A DNA stretch of 63,145 bases, filler included, from Octopus bimaculoides (GCF_001194135.2; 6 parts of 6 records of this genome joined end to end with filler, not necessarily neighbours in it); one strand, 5' to 3'. Counted from the whole stretch's first letter, positions 1 through 11,290 are shown. The notes: generated by a model not told the origin, from the letters alone. Numbers and translations: made by a program.

Positions 1-295
1 TCTCCCTGAATTCCTGCCAAAATCCTGTTCGAAATACATAGTTTTCACAGACAACTAGTCACTGATTTATAAATCAGAAAGTTACTATTTTTAAATCTCA
101 CAATGTGAGATATTTAGCAACAGTACTTTGTAGTAAAGATTGTTTGCCAACATAACATGGCAGTCCCAGTCTAGGATGAATGTTGCTGTAATTTAGCCCC
201 AGGAGATATCGTCTCCAGCTGGCTATATGACACGATCTGTGTCCTTGCATTTTCGAACAAGGGAATCTGGCACCCCCACTCAGCTCAAAACGATA

Positions 296-340
296 TCTGT
301 GTATCGCGATTTCCGGGTTATTTCCCTTCATCAGCACAGA
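296..340 (-). ncRNA. Minimal type I hammerhead ribozyme motif (near-canonical)
   Basis: The minus strand reads UCUGUG-CUGAUGA-AGGG-AAAUAA-CCCG-GAAA-U-CGCG-A-UA/CACAGA. Stem I is 6 bp (UCUGUG/CACAGA), the CUGAUGA and GAAA cores are intact, stem II is GGG/CCC with an A.G opposition at 10.1/11.1, and stem III is the palindrome AUCGCGAU. Predicted cleavage is after AUA, between 302 and 301. Confidence 0.8.
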
Positions 341-342
341 AT

Positions 343-360
343 AATTGTTCGGTCTGAGGT
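343..360 (+). repeat. Left copy of degenerate target-site duplication of the Tx1 LINE
   Basis: AATTGTTCGGTCTGAGGT, compared with AATTGTTCAGCTAGAGAT at 5611-5628 and the uninterrupted AATTGTTCGGTAGAGGT at 5990-6006. Confidence 0.55.
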
Positions 361-671
361 TGATTCTTTATTATAAACATGAAGATCGGTACATTGAAAA
401 GGACATTACAAGACAAACAAATACAAAAATGTTTTTTGAGTTCAAATGAGCTTATGTTAAAAATTTTATATTTTATATATAAATGATTAATTTTTTAAAT
501 TTTTAACTAGAACTTTTTTTTAAAAAAACAGAACACAAAGAAGAATAAAAGTTCAAAAAATTGAATCCGGCAGCCTATAAGGCCCAACAGCTAGCTTTTC
601 CTTTCATCAATGATTAAGCTGGGTTACTAACACCCACCTTTCTCATCGCATCCTTCCATCGTTTTTCATAT

Positions 672-3600
672 TCACTCAGTGGCAGGGTCTTCCTCTCCAA
701 AGGATAGCAAACTGGGGCCAGAGACGATGGACCCTGTCACAAAACCTTCCATTCTTGTCCTCCAAATACACTCTTTCAGTACTGCAACTGTACAGTAAAA
801 ACAAGGCTCACCTTCCTTTGAGAGTCCAGTTGGTGGTATCATCTTTATTATAGATCCAGCCGACAGCTGTACTCGTCCCAGATGCAACAACATGTGTTCA
901 ACGAAACTTATCAAGCGAGATAGCTCCCGACATTGTACAAAAGCATGCTAGACGGTTTCAACATCCAGCCCACATCTTGGACACGTCTGTGGCACTGACA
1001 ATCCATGTCTGGATAACTTATCGCAAACAGGTAATGTGTTCCTGTAGCACTGCCAGGTCAGGGATTTTTGGAAGTTGTCCAAGTACCCTGGCCTGAAAGT
1101 TTTTTTGAACAGGTTGGCAAGTTGGTTCTCATCGAACCCCAGAGCCCCTCCTGGGATGTCATCATTATTTGCCTCTACCAGCCCTCTATAGAACACTGAG
1201 GTGGTATTCCTACTGCCGGCCTTGCTCATCTTGTGGATCAGCCAGAGTGCTTGTCCCCACTCCTTCTGCCATAAAGTCAGATTCCGTCTTAATGAAACTG
1301 GGTTTGAATCTCTCCATAGAGGCTGGTCGCGTGAAGAATTCCTCCGCCAGCGGACTCCACACCTTATCACCCTTCAAGTGGCACCAGAGATGTCTCAGCT
1401 TCAACACATGTCTGCGCATAATTAGCCAGGGCATTCCCAGCCCACCCTTTAACGGTTCCTGGCAGCAAACAGAGCGCCTCACAAGTGGCTTTCCTCCCTT
1501 CCACAAAAAGCGGAAAAGGAGTTGTTCCAACTTGTTTAACCACAAATCGGGGCAAGGCACAACGGACAGGTGGTAGGTGATGACAGATGCTATAAACACC
1601 TGCACCACTTCTGCTCTGCCCTTCAAGGACAGAAACCTTCTGGACCACTTCCGTACTATGGCTTCCACCTTGTCCACTACCTCGCTCTAATTCTTCTCCA
1701 TCTGAGAGTCTGGGTCAAACCAAACTCCAAGCAATCTGTCCAGTGTCCAATGACACTGGACAATATTGGCTTGTTCCTCCAGGTACTGAGGCACAAACCG
1801 ATGGACTTGTCCTTGTTAACTTTTGCCCCTGCCACTGCTTCATATCCTCGGAGAGCATCTTCTACATGAGATAGCTGTGCTTCATTGGACATGATGAGGG
1901 TGACGTCATCCGCATAAGCAGAAACAGACTTACCGCATCCGATTTCATTTGGGTTGCCTCCTAACTTCTCCAACTTCTGCAACAATGGCTCAAGAGCCAA
2001 AACGTACAGAAGCGGAGACAAGGGACACCCTTGACGAACTGAATGCTTGATCGAAAATGGTTCTGTCAAATAGCCGTTTATCTGGATTGTGGACTTGATG
2101 CCGCTGTACATAGCGGAGACCCACCCGCGAAAGCCAGAGCCCAGCCCAGCCGCCTCGAGGACCACCCCCAAGTACTGATGGTCTACCCTATCAAATGCTT
2201 TACTTTGGTCTAAATGGACCATTGCCCCTCCCTTGTTTGCTAATTTTCCAACCCTGTCTAAGGTGTAGCAGAGAAGGTGAAGATGATCCTGGATTGACCT
2301 GCCTGGGATTGCACATGTCTGTGCCTTCCCAACAAGCTTCTCCACAACAGCCGTCAACCTTTTTGCTAACACCTTGACCAAAATCTTTAACTCTACGTTA
2401 AGTAGAGTTATGGGCCTATAATTACTAATACTATCCCCTTTGCTTGGGTCTTTCTGGACCAGCATCACAACTCCCCGGCTCAGAGAACTGGGAATCCTCC
2501 CATTTTGTTGCCAGTTTGCATAGATGCCTGCCAGTATATCCCCAAACAAGTCCGGCATACAACAATGAAACTCATAGGGCAGACCTTTGAGCCCCAGCGA
2601 CTTTTTCCCGATGCACTCGGCCAACACCTCTCTTATCTCCTTGGGAGTAACCGGTCCTTCACAGCATTCTGCCTCACGTGTCGAGAGTCACGGCTCACTG
2701 GCTAGGAAGTCCTTTAAGGTCTCCCCCAGCTCAAGCGGATTGCTCTCCCCAAACAACCGAGCGAAATGCTGGTGAAAGACTTTCTGCATCTCCTCCTGTC
2801 CATAGATCTTGCGTCCCTGTTCGTCGATTAAAGACTTTTGTAGAAGACTTTTTACCCCTCTGACTCTCCTCACGACGTGCCCATCCAGCAACATTAATAC
2901 CTTCTCGTTTCCTTGCATGTAGTTTTTGCAACCTTCATGCATGGCATTGAGGTGATGGTACAAGACCATTCTCGCCACCAACACTCTAGATGGAACCTTC
3001 ATGCTTGGCATTGAGGTGACGGTACAAGACCATTCTCGCTGCCAACACTCTAGATGCGGAGCCAGATTCCATTGCCTCATCTAGGCTCTTAACTAAGTCG
3101 CCCTCTATTCTAGTCCTATCTAAACTTAGCTGCTTGCTAAATCTAATGGACTCCAAACGGATGGCTCTTTTGAGGGCATGCCACCATCTATTATTAATGA
3201 TGGTGCCACCGGGTACGGAAGGCATCACAAGTCAAAATAGACTTGTTCATCTTCCAGTCCCCGGGTCCCTGTCTATGACATTTATCTACAGGTACCTCGC
3301 ACGTCACAAGTTTGTGATCCGTGTAAGGCACAATACAAAATTGTGGACAGCTAACACTATTCTTATCTCTTTCCCTAACAAATACCCTATCTAGGTACGA
3401 TCTGTGTGAGCCGTCATTGTTACTCCACGTCCACTGTGGAACGCTCGGCTCATCCAGTCGGTAACGGTCTACTAGATTATAGCTCTCTAGTAGACCCTTG
3501 AGGCAAGGATTCCCTTTCCTATCAGTTGAGCCCACACTATCGACCCGCGCATCAAGGATGGTGTTGAAGTCCCCTACCAAAACTACCGTTTTTGACGTCA

Positions 3601-3978
3601 CTAGAAAATGCTCCAGGTCCCGATAAAAACCAGACTGCCTACACTCCTGAGGAGCATAGACAGCTACCAACCTGAAGGACTGCTTACTCACGCGAGTCAC
3701 ATCCAGGACAACTAGCCTACCTTCTGGGTCCAGAAAGACAGTACTTACCTGTAAGCCCAAGTTCGTGATAAGGACTGCCACGCCTGCGCCTCCTCCCCGG
3801 CTAGGAGAAATAAATTTCTCGCAACTATTCAGAAGAGGCAAGAACGCTTGAGGTCCACTCATCTTGGACTCTGTTACAATAGCCACATCTATTCTATGTG
3901 TCATGAGGTTGTTCAGGAAACAAGCCTGTTTCCATCTCGAGCTCATTCACGCACATTTAAACAACCTAACTTAATCAT
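672..3978 (-). pseudogene. Tx1 ORF2 (AP endonuclease + reverse transcriptase + C-terminal zinc finger), frameshifted
   Basis: Starts MIKLGCLNVR (ATG at 3978). APE motifs: IVTESK, VLVGDFN, SYLDRVFV, TDHKLV. RT motifs: NYRPITLLN, LDQSKAFDRV, VRQGCPLSPLLY, AYADDV. C-terminal CPRCGLDVETV.H. Split over several frames by indels and stops. Confidence 0.92.
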
Positions 3979-3999
3979 CGAAGAAAGAGAAAAGGAAAT

Positions 4000-5472
4000 T
4001 TTCTACTCATGGTTGAAAGAGGGAGTTTTTGTCTGCATGCTTCCCCAGCACTCCCCGTAGCTGCTGGGCATTTCACCAGTGTTGCCACTGGGCTCTGGGT
4101 TGGACTGGCTGCTGGGCTGATGATCAACTTGCCCGCTATAACATCTTGGCTAATGTCTATAATTTGATTGTCCCTTACATGGTCTTGGAGGAGTTTCTCT
4201 TTCCACTGCTCCTCTCCAACCTTTGCGTATCGAACGTCGGAATCTTTATCTGTGGCTTTAAAAATTTGATTCTGGGGTGTGCTTTTATTAAGCACAACAC
4301 TTCGTTTTTTACATTAAAAGACACAATCCTGTCAGTTTTTTTAAGTCCTTTTAGAGTTGGCGGGTGGAGTCTGGCAAAACGTTGACCTAATTATGTAGTG
4401 CCTGTGGGTTGGGATTGGGAAATTTTTTTTTGTGTTGTTCATCTGTGTTTTTTTTTGGTTGGGGTGGGGAGTCCGGGGTGCTTGCTTTTTTCCTTTTGTG
4501 TGTTACAGTAGTATATTCTATATCTTGCTCATTTTTCATTTGTTTGGTTTTTTTCTTCCTCTGTTGGTTTTTCGTTTTGTTTTTCATTTTGTTTTTCAAT
4601 TTGTTTCTTTTCCATATTTTCTTTTGTTGTTGCTGCATTTTCTGGGGTTTTTTATTGTCTGTGTTTTTCACAGCATTTTGAGGAAGGGCTTCCACTGTTT
4701 TTTCTTCGTGCAGGTGGAGCGAATGTGGCCCTTCTGCCCGCACTTAAAACACCTGGGCCTACGTCCCTCCATCGATACACAAATTGTATGCCCCTCCCAC
4801 ACAAAGACTCTATCGGGTAAATTTTCCAATGTTAAGTTGTCTGCTTGTACAACCATTTCAAGCATTTGTCCTTTCCAGTTTGTAGCCTCCTTTTTCCTCA
4901 TACTTAGAATTGTCAATTTTCCCTCTACGTCAAATATCACCACAGCTGCTACCCACATAACTTCATAGCCCACAGGTATCTCTTCAACCATTACTTTCGC
5001 CATTCGACAACCCAAATACGTGGGCAGCAACATAATCTCTTCATTTTTTTAATGTTTGTGTAGAAATTTCTTTTGCTACGCTAGCCGACTCAAAATGTGC
5101 TTCTATTGTAGCACTTCTTACTCCTCGGCTAACGTAGCAAATTGTATTCCATATTGGTGTCATGCACAGTTCTACTATTTTGTTTTTTACTTCAGTAATT
5201 CTTTTCTCTTTAATACTGTAGACTTTATACACAACTGTTTTTTCAAGACTAGCCTGAACAGTTTCGGGGGGCGGTACCAATTTTGTTTCTTCTGTTTTTT
5301 TAATTAAATTTCTGAACTGGAAGAGCTTGTCCATGGCTACTTTCAGTTCGACGATATTACCACTTACGGCAGCCGAAAAACTTTGTTTTGCCTGGTTATC
5401 CTTTTGTTTTTCATTATTTTTAACTTGTCCCATCTCGGGAAAATCTATGTTTGACGTGAGATCGTACTCCAT
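4000..5472 (-). pseudogene. Tx1 ORF1 (gag-like, CX2CX4HX4C knuckle), disrupted
   Basis: ORFs 5041-5472, 4668-5033 (CFKCGQKGHIRSTC), 4387-4743 (K/Q-rich) and 3975-4295 lie in order upstream of ORF2. The 3' boundary is approximate. Confidence 0.8.
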
Positions 5473-5610
5473 TGTATGAACTTGTCTTCAAAAGACAAAA
5501 TTACTGTATATCAAAAAGACAACAGTTCAAAAAATATGTGTAACACAATACAACAAAAAAGACAGACACAGTTAGGTAGCAATTGAAAAAATGACGCAGA
5601 TCCAAGGAAA

Positions 5611-5794
5611 AATTGTTCAGCTAGAGATGGCACTGCCAAATTCCCATCGAAATATATAGTTTTCACAGTGACAACTAGTCACTGATTTATAAATTAGAAA
5701 ATTACTATTTTTAAATCTCACAAAGTGAGATATTCAGCAACTGTACTTTGTAGAGAAGATTGTTTGCCAACATAACATGGCAGTCCTGGTCTTG

Positions 5795-5832
<38 letters not shown>

Positions 5833-5989
5833 CTGTAATTTAGTCCCAGGAGACATCGTCTCCAGCTGGCTATACAACACGATCTGTGTCCTTACATTTT
5901 CGAATAAGGGAATCTGGCACCCCCATTCAGCTCAAAACAATATCTGTGTATCGCGATTTCCGGGTTATTTCCCTTCATCACCACAGAAT
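5611..5989 (-). mobile_element. Hammerhead-bearing tandem unit, copy 2 (with a (TA)n expansion at ~5799-5827)
   Basis: The AATTGTTC landmark recurs at 5611 and 5990, a period of 379 bp, or ~351 bp without the TA expansion. Confidence 0.8.
5943..5987 (-). ncRNA. Hammerhead motif of copy 2 with a C3G core change (likely inactive)
   Basis: Identical to 296-340 except GUGAUGA in place of CUGAUGA. Confidence 0.7.
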
Positions 5990-6186
5990 AATTGTTCGGT
6001 AGAGGTGGCACTTCCAAATTCCCATTCAAAATATATAGTTTTCACAGTGACAACTAGTCACTGATTTATAAATTAGAAAATTACTATTTTTAAATCTCAC
6101 AACATGAGATATTCAGCAACAGTACATTGTCATGAAGATTGTTTGCCAAACAATCTTCACACAAAGTACTGTTGCTGAATATCTCA
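5990..6186 (-). mobile_element. Truncated third tandem unit ending in a ~40-bp foldback inversion
   Basis: 5990-6145 matches 5611-5766. 6147-6186 is the reverse complement of 6105-6145. Confidence 0.75.
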
Positions 6187-6187
6187 C

Positions 6188-6325
6188 GAAGGGCATCCAT
6201 CTGTAGAAACATTGCCAGATCAGATTGGTGCGGCCTCCTGGTTTGCCTGTCCTCAGTCAAACCATCCAACCCATGACAGCATGGAAAACAGACGTTAAAC
6301 GATGATGATGATGATGATGATGATG
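6188..6325 (+). mobile_element. SINE/LINE 3' tail (AGGAAGGGCATCC family) ending in (GAT)n
   Basis: Same tail as 7290-7430, 42580-42720 and 44045-44185. Confidence 0.7.
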
Positions 6326-7064
6326 GAGTTTCTACCAATCGCAATGGAGCACATATTTAATTTTTCCTTTGCAGTAAATGATTCATAAGTTCTGCTCAAA
6401 CTGACAACGGTAGTGACAAATTTTAAAGTTTGCTTGACATTTTATAAGTGTGAAAGGGATTACAATTTCTATACTCCTTATCAAAGGTTCCAATGAGAAT
6501 AGGTGGGAAAGAATTCTATTTACATAATCAGTTTGATCAGTCACCTTCCTCTGTCATTTGAGTAAAGTGTCATCCAAGCTGATGTTTATTGGTAATTAAA
6601 CTTAATTTGCAATACCTGTGCATATTTATCAGCTTTGTTTTTGTTGGCAATTTTTATCAACTTTTCCTGTGATCATAATTTGAGAAGATACAGCACTATG
6701 CTAAAGATGAGACATAATCTCTTGTGGGCAAGAAATGTAAAATAAAGTTTATTATAAACAACACAAATATTTTGTAATTCAATAGCTGTCAAGGTGATAC
6801 CTGTTAAACAGAAATTGTTTTTATTTATTGACAATTTAATAAAATCTAATCATGATTAAGTGAAATTATGCTAAATTCCACTAAATTGAAAACCTTTTTT
6901 CCCTGGCTATATTGGCAATTCTGAAAACTTTTAAGTGCAAATTTTACATGAGTAGAAGCATTTTATAACAAATTTTATCCTGAAAATCACCTGCGTAAAT
7001 TACACAGGTGCAAAAATTGCATGGGTTTTTATGGTACATATTTATGTATATATATATTATATAT

Positions 7065-7430
7065 GACACGTGAAAAACACCATTCAGGTGTGATCGTTAC
7101 CAGCATCGCTTTACCAGCACGTGCTAGTGGCACGTGAAATTCAACATTTAAGTGTGGTTGTTGCCAGTGCCGCTCCCATGCAGGTAGCACATAAAAACAC
7201 CTTTTGAGCGTGTCATTGCCAGAACCGCCTGACTGGCCCTCATGCTGGTGGCATGTAAAAGCACCCATTACACTCTTGGAGTGGTTGGTGTTAGGAAGGG
7301 CATCCAGCTGTAGAAACTTTGCCAGATCAGATTGAGGCTGGTGCAGTATCTGGCTCACCAGTTCTCAGTCAAACCATCCAACCCATGCCAGCATAGAAAG
7401 CAGACATGAAACAATGATAATGATGATGAT
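7065..7430 (+). mobile_element. SINE-like repeat, AGGAAGGGCATCCAGCTGTAGAAA family
   Basis: Colinear with 42425-42720 and 43965-44185. Ends in a (GAT)n tail. Confidence 0.75.
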
Positions 7431-7589
7431 ATATGTATTTAGATTTATTAATATATTTAGATATATATATTAATATATATATATATATGCATATATATAT
7501 ACATATATATACACATATATATACATATATATATATATATGTATGNNNNNNNNNNNNNNNNNNNNNNNNNNNNNNNNNNNNNNNNNNNN

Positions 7590-7601
7590 TTAATTAATTA
7601 A
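7590..7601. other. Artificial scaffold spacer TTAATTAATTAA inside an N-run (also 35721-35732, 40075-40086, 43861-43872, 60886-60897)
   Basis: The identical palindromic 12-mer, with stops in all six frames, is always embedded in Ns. Confidence 0.9.
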
Positions 7602-7707
7602 NNNNNNNNNNNNNNNNNNNNNNNNNNNNNNNNNNNNNNNNNNNNAAAACGCATGTTATAATTGCATACTTTATTCCTACATATGTTTCAAAGGATTACA
7701 ACGAAAG

Positions 7708-7747
<40 letters not shown>

Positions 7748-8168
7748 TAACCATAACAGTCTCTCGATGAGTTGTGTAATCCTCGGCAGGATCATAGTTG
7801 AACACCTTCGATACCTATCGGCTATTCGATAGCTTCCTATAGCCATGGGCAAGAGCCTTCCGGTAAACATTAGAGTGAAGTCTCATCATCCAATGGTTAT
7901 CATCTGCCAACCTCGCGGCAGAAGTAGATGCAGCGTTACGTACCCGACTGATAGCACACTTTTGTGGGGTTTCTGCGACCCTTGGGTCAGCAGCACACAC
8001 TCGATAAGTTTCACGCCGCTCGGGTGTAGTTCCAGCTCTAACGACGGCAGCTTTTTTCAACAGTCTACAAGACTTCTGGTCCTCAGTTTCCTTAGCCTGC
8101 CAGCACTGCTACCTTGTCACTGTAGAAGACTTTCTGCCAATACGTGCTGCTCTCTTTTTAGGTGGCAT
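7748..8168 (-). pseudogene. Probable Helitron Rep/Helicase N-terminal remnant
   Basis: One frame with two stops: MPPKKRAARIGRKSSTVTR*QCWQAKETEDQKSCRL..GTTPERRE..VAETPQK...*VSKVFNYDPAEDYTTHRETV. The ET(P)EQ-like repeats and FNYDP..DY resemble animal Helitron N-termini (from recall). Confidence 0.55.
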
Positions 8169-8867
8169 GCCTGTATTATTTGGAGAAGGAAAATAGGTTT
8201 TAGTGTACCAAGTGTTTATCAACAAAAGCCCCTTTATTTTGCCTTCCCACATAGCCTGCGCATAAAGTAACAGCAAATGCCGCATAAAGTGAAATTGGTA
8301 TGGAGCTTTCTGAAAGATACGTATAGCTTTCGTTAGTGGAAGCAAAACTCTTATTTAAAGGCTGATTCGTTGGGACGAATCCTATGTGATTGTTTAAAAA
8401 AGGCTAGAACAACAATGCTAAAACGTATTTGAAACAATGGACAACAGTCAAAATATCATAATAGAGGAGTAAATAAGCATCCTTAAAGTGGAATAACGCA
8501 TTGGTAGGTGAACAAAGGTATTAACAGATAGAGGAGAGGAAAGGGAACATCATCTTTCAGGTAACTCGGAATAGGTAAAGGTAAACTTGCCAAAGTTTAA
8601 TGCAGCTTAAATATGGAGATTAAGATTGTTTGGTATTGGATATTCATCACGTACAGTGTTCCTAATCAATTTTATCACCATGGCAGGTGGACAGTTAAAA
8701 TAAGTAAATAAATAGGCAACAGGGGCCAATTCCTCCCTTGGAAACACACTCAAACGAAAGTTGGGTGCTTCACACACCTTATGTACAAAAATATAAACAA
8801 AATGTGGGCTATAAATGGTCAATAAAAACGATTAACTTCGGAGCCTATGCGACAACACGTCAGTCGA

Positions 8868-9077
<210 letters not shown>

Positions 9078-10729
9078 TGTAGGTAGGTTTTAGTTTTGTT
9101 GAATATATGTATTGATAAATGAATGGTCGGGTGGCTGAATGGATGGATGCATGATTGGATAGACGGGGGATGGGTGGGTGGATGTGTGATTGGATAGGCG
9201 GATCTTGAGGAATTGAAAGACCAATGGAAATGGAGTACTTTCAATTTCGGACGACCTTATTGAAGTCAGCAATGAATCATTTTTTTTATATAAAAATATT
9301 AATATTAATACGTTAAGAAAAGTGTACTAACGTGCGTGTTTATGTTTGTTTATGCGTGTGTGAGCGTGTGAGAGAGAGGGAGAGAGGGATAAAGAGAGAG
9401 TGAGTGAAAGAAAGAGAGAGAGAGAGATTGTGTGTAAGCGTGTGTCGTTGTGTGTGAGCTTACTAGTTTGCATGTACGTGTGCGTCTGCTTCTGAGAGAA
9501 TCATGGTAAATGGCTCTACTGGATAATAAACTTTGAGAAATAACCGGTTTTACTCCTAATTCCTTACACACACGCGCAGAAAGTTCAGGAGGAATCGTAT
9601 ATTCTTAATGATATGTGAAAATAAGCATGTGAATTTGTGTGTCCATATATATATTTATATATATTTGAATGTATTTCTGTGTTTGTGTGTCTGTGTTTCT
9701 AGCCCACCATCGCTTCACAACCGATGTTTGTGTGTTTACGTCCCCGAANNNNNNNNNNNNNNNNNNNNNNNNNNNNNNNNNNNNNNNNNNNNNNNNNNNN
9801 NNNNNNNNNNNNNNNNNNNNNNNNNNNNNNNNNNNNNNNNNNNNNNNNNNNNNNNNNNNNNNNNNNNNNNNNNNNNNNNNNNNNNNNNNNNNNNNNNNNN
9901 NNNNNNNNNNNNNNNNNNNNNNNNNNNNNNNNNNNNNNNNNNNNNNNNNNNNNNNNNNNNNNNNNNNNNNNNNNNNNNNNNNNNNNNNNNNNNNNNNNNN
10001 NNNNNNNNNNNNNNNNNNNNNNNNNNNNNNNNNNNNNNNNNNNNNNNNNNNNNNNNNNNNNNNNNNNNNNNNNNNNNNNNNNNNNNNNNNNNNNNNNNNN
10101 NNNNNNNNNNNNNNNNNNNNNNNNNNNNNNNNNNNNNNNNNNNNNNNNNNNNNNNNNNNNNNNNNNNNNNNNNNNNNNNNNNNNNNNNNNNNNNNNNNNN
10201 NNNNNNNNNNNNNNNNNNNNNNNNNNNNNNNNNNNNNNNNNNNNNNNNNNNNNNNNNNNNNNNNNNNNNNNNNNNNNNNNNNNNNNNNNNNNNNNNNNNN
10301 NNNNNNNNNNNNNNNNNNNNNNNNNNNNNNNNNNNNNNNNNNNNNNNNNNNNNNNNNNNNNNNNNNNNNNNNNNNNNNNNNNNNNNNNNNNNNNNNNNNN
10401 NNNNNNNNNNNNNNNNNNNNNNNNNNNNNNNNNNNNNNNNNNNNNNNNNNNNNNNNNNNNNNNNNNNNNNNNNNNNNNNNNNNNNNNNNNNNNNNNNNNN
10501 NNNNNNNNNNNNNNNNNNNNNNNNNNNNNNNNNNNNNNNNNNNNNNNNNNNNNNNNNNNNNNNNNNNNNNNNNNNNNAAGAGTATTAAATATAATTTGGG
10601 ATTTTTTATGGAGGGTGAAGGTGGTAACAAAAACAGGACAGTGAGAACAAGACAGTAATAACAAACGGTGAGGGCTGTTGAGCCAAAACGATACACACAC
10701 ACATACACGCACATATACACACACACACG

Positions 10730-10777
<48 letters not shown>

Positions 10778-10799
10778 CACATATATATATATTTATATA

Positions 10800-11030
10800 T
10801 ATTTGAATGTATTTCTGTGTTTGTGTGTCTGTGTTTCTAGCCCACCATCGCTTCACAACCGATGTTTGTGTGTTTACGTCCCCGAAACTTAGAGGTTCGG
10901 CACAAAGGACTGATAAAATAAGTACTAGGCTTACAAAGAATAAGTCCTGGGGTCGATTTGTTCGACTAACGGCGGTGTTCCAGCATGGCCGCAGTCAAAT
11001 GACTGAAACAAATAAAAGAATAAAAGAATA
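10800..11030 (+). mobile_element. tRNA-type SINE family B, 3' half (its first ~90 bp is duplicated at 9660-9747 across the gap)
   Basis: Contains GACAACCGATG..TAAGTACTAGGCTTACAAAGAATAAGTCC..CAGCATGGCCGCAGTCAAATGACTGAAAC, shared with 22510-22745, 41110-41238 and 55770-55980. Confidence 0.75.
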
Positions 11031-11050
11031 TATATACTGTTATGTCTAGG

Positions 11051-11290
11051 AGGGACTCATTCTCTTTTAATGCCTTAGTATTTAACACACGCACCGGTAA
11101 AATTTCCACTCATTTATTTGCTTATTTATTTTTCAAAAATTTTCGCTGCGTCTTGCAACCTTTCAATAGTTGTTAACTCTGTTCATTATCCAAGCTGCGT
11201 TCTTTCTGTCTGTTTGTGCGCTTGTGTGCAGGATAGTGTGTGTGCGCATACACATGTATGTACGTATGCATGTATGCATGCATGTGAGTG
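11051..11290. repeat. Left arm of a long imperfect inverted repeat
   Basis: Reverse complement of ~12450-12687, e.g. TTCTCTTTTAATGCCTT..CCGGTAAAATTTCCACTCAT..GCGTCTTGCAACCTTTCAATAG..TTATCCAAGCTGCGTTCTTT. Confidence 0.75.

Larger units (their letters stand above)
14..360 (-). mobile_element. ~350-bp hammerhead-bearing tandem unit, copy 1 (retrozyme / Penelope pLTR-like)
   Basis: Colinear with 5633-6006 along its whole length by eye. Contains the hammerhead motif at 296-340. No credible ORF. Confidence 0.75.
361..5610 (-). mobile_element. Near full-length, decayed Tx1-clade (L1 superfamily) non-LTR retrotransposon
   Basis: Has a ~140-bp 5' leader, an ORF1 with a CCHC knuckle and an APE-RT-CCHC ORF2. 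A T-rich 3' UTR ends AATAAAGAATCA. Both flanks rejoin the same tandem-unit sequence. Confidence 0.9.

Noticed and set aside
98-337. 79-aa ORF inside the tandem unit
   Set aside because: It has no recognisable motif and is disrupted in copy 2 by the TA expansion. The unit is better explained as structured RNA.
4409-4968. Hydrophobic, membrane-protein-like + strand ORFs
   Set aside because: They are the antisense of the A-rich, Lys-rich Tx1 ORF1.
7590-7601. TTAATTAATTAA as a conserved regulatory motif or CRISPR-like repeat
   Set aside because: It is always inside N-runs and is an assembly spacer.
9500-9515. AATCATG|GTAAAT as the first coding exon of the anoctamin gene
   Set aside because: There is no independent support, and such motifs arise often by chance.
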